Shown here in pieces: positions 32,111 through 33,605 of a stretch of DNA of 33,605 bases. Under the pieces are notes generated by a model, which was not told the origin of the DNA, ran no database searches, and saw only the letters and a list, made by a program, of their open reading frames with translations. The stretch covers positions 1 to 33,605 of the forward strand of contig JAUCBJ010009050.1 in NCBI GenBank assembly GCA_032718475.1. The letters run 5' to 3'. This DNA is from Nemertoderma westbladi (taxonomy: Eukaryota; Animalia; Xenacoelomorpha). Every line of letters starts with the position of its first letter. The stretch's first letter is position 1. The position numbers were made by a program, and so were the translations under genes.

Positions 32111-33605
32111 TGTGTGTGAGCGGATTCAATTCCGCCTCATTACCCTCATAAAGTTGGGAAGTGGCATCTTTTTCAGCAATATTGGAGATACGAGATTGAT
32201 AACAACCAATCTCGTATCACACCCAATAACGGGGATAACATACACCCCAAAAGCCACACAAAGGGAGGTTAGAGGTCAAACCACCTCGAGAGGGCAGATA
32301 ACCAACAGCGGGGGGGGGGGGGGGGGACACTCCCACAGAGGTGAGAGGCGTGAAGTAGGTCATCAACCAATGGGAGCGGGGAAAAGTATCCACTGGACAA
32401 AGGCCAAAGTAATGTAAGAATGAATACATATATTATCCTATTACCGGTCAGTTAATCAGTTTACTCAGTCATTCAGTTCAGTGCAGACTGGTGATGTTCT
32501 TCACCGTCACCGTCACCACACATCACATATATTATCCTATTACCGGTACACTGTTATCCCATCAATCTATCAACTGTGCTGTTATATTATCCTATTACCG
32601 TGTTCATTCAATCATTAATACGAACATCAAGACGATAACAACAAACTTTATTTCACAACCAGTCACAGTCCCGTCACAGTGAAGAACTACCAGCGCAACT
32701 AGCTGTGACTGCCAGACACCAAACTGCCAGAGGACTTGTAAAGATGAGCACAGGACCCCAACTATCGGAAGGAGAGAGGACACCGCCGCAGACCCTGGAC
32801 GATACCAACCAAACGATCCGCAAGGCCGCGACGCGACGGTACCGACCTGCAATGCCGATCTAGCAGTCCAAGCGGAGGGCGGCCGTCTACCACGAGAAAG
32901 GGACGAGTCGACGCACGACGGAGGTCGAAGTACCGTAGTCGCCGGCCAGCCACAGGTCGAGGGCGATGGACGGCCCACCGGAACGGCGACGGTGGGGCCG
33001 CCGGTACGACGCTGAACCAGGAGAGGAGGAGGAGATGTCGGCGACGAGGACGTCGGAACCAGCGATCGGCTTCGATGGGCCTACAACGCCACGAAGAAAC
33101 GGCTCAAGGATGCCAGAGAGGGAGCAAAGGTAAACCAGGGGAAGTTGAGCCAACGACTAGGTGAGTCGAATAAACATTTCAGATACCTAGTTTGTTTCGG
33201 GCAGGGAGAACTGGCGAGTGAGAGAGCGAGGGGGGTCGCCACCGAACTATTCGAACTGTGGCGGTCCGGGATTATGGAGCCCCAGTAGTGTATGTAGGGC
33301 CATATTTAGTGGATGCTAGGGGAATTAAGTTAGTGGGTTGGGCAGATCCGCACGAGGGCGAACCCGAGGTTAATCCCGAGGATTCGGTCTCGTTGGTTAG
33401 CGAGAACCCCAGAAAGCGGGGGAAAGTTAGTAGGACAGAGAGGTGACGGGAGTCCGTCGCGACCGATAAGTCCGCTACATCCTCCGCGAAAGCAAGAAGG
33501 GTGTTAGAGATAGATCTGGCGTGTCAATTAGATATGGTGGCGCTAGACCAGAAAGAATTAGAGAGGCAGTTGGATGAGGGAACTGTGCTGTTGGAGAAAG
33601 AGAGG
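32111..33605 (+). mobile_element. Putative 5' part of a second LTR retrotransposon (LTR-like region plus degenerate gag-like start)
   Basis: Short internal repeats (tatattatcctattaccg x3), GC-rich hairpin-forming block, AATAAA near 33168; the frame from 33258 has one TGA (33444) then continues SATSSAKARRVLEIDLA...LLEKER to the edge. No diagnostic domain within the window. Confidence 0.4.

Overview
Repeat-rich metazoan (probably invertebrate) genomic DNA, not prokaryotic. The host gene is a whirlin-like (WHRN/dyschronic) PDZ scaffold on the minus strand. Four coding exons could be reconstructed with GT-AG boundaries (26833-26294, 22094-21885, 12514-12389, 8210-8005), encoding the harmonin-N-like domain, PDZ1 and PDZ2; the gene continues off the left edge. 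Its introns hold an apparently intact BEL/Pao LTR retrotransposon, several RTE, RTEX-like and CR1-like LINE pieces, a tRNA-derived Nin/Deu-type SINE and three unrelated tandem arrays (38, 33/35 and 45 bp); a fourth array (29/37 bp) lies upstream. Highlights: (1) four copies of an ~84-nt covarying RNA hairpin with a kink-turn and cUUCGg loop, plus two GAAA hairpins, inside the BEL 3' LTR; (2) a 38-bp array that is a ~32-fold amplification of the exon 4 splice-donor junction; (3) an RTE insertion in the 33-bp satellite with an 85-bp target-site duplication; (4) a 45-bp array derived from the terminal sequence of a MITE-like element. All family calls come from motif recognition by eye; no database searches or folding programs were run.
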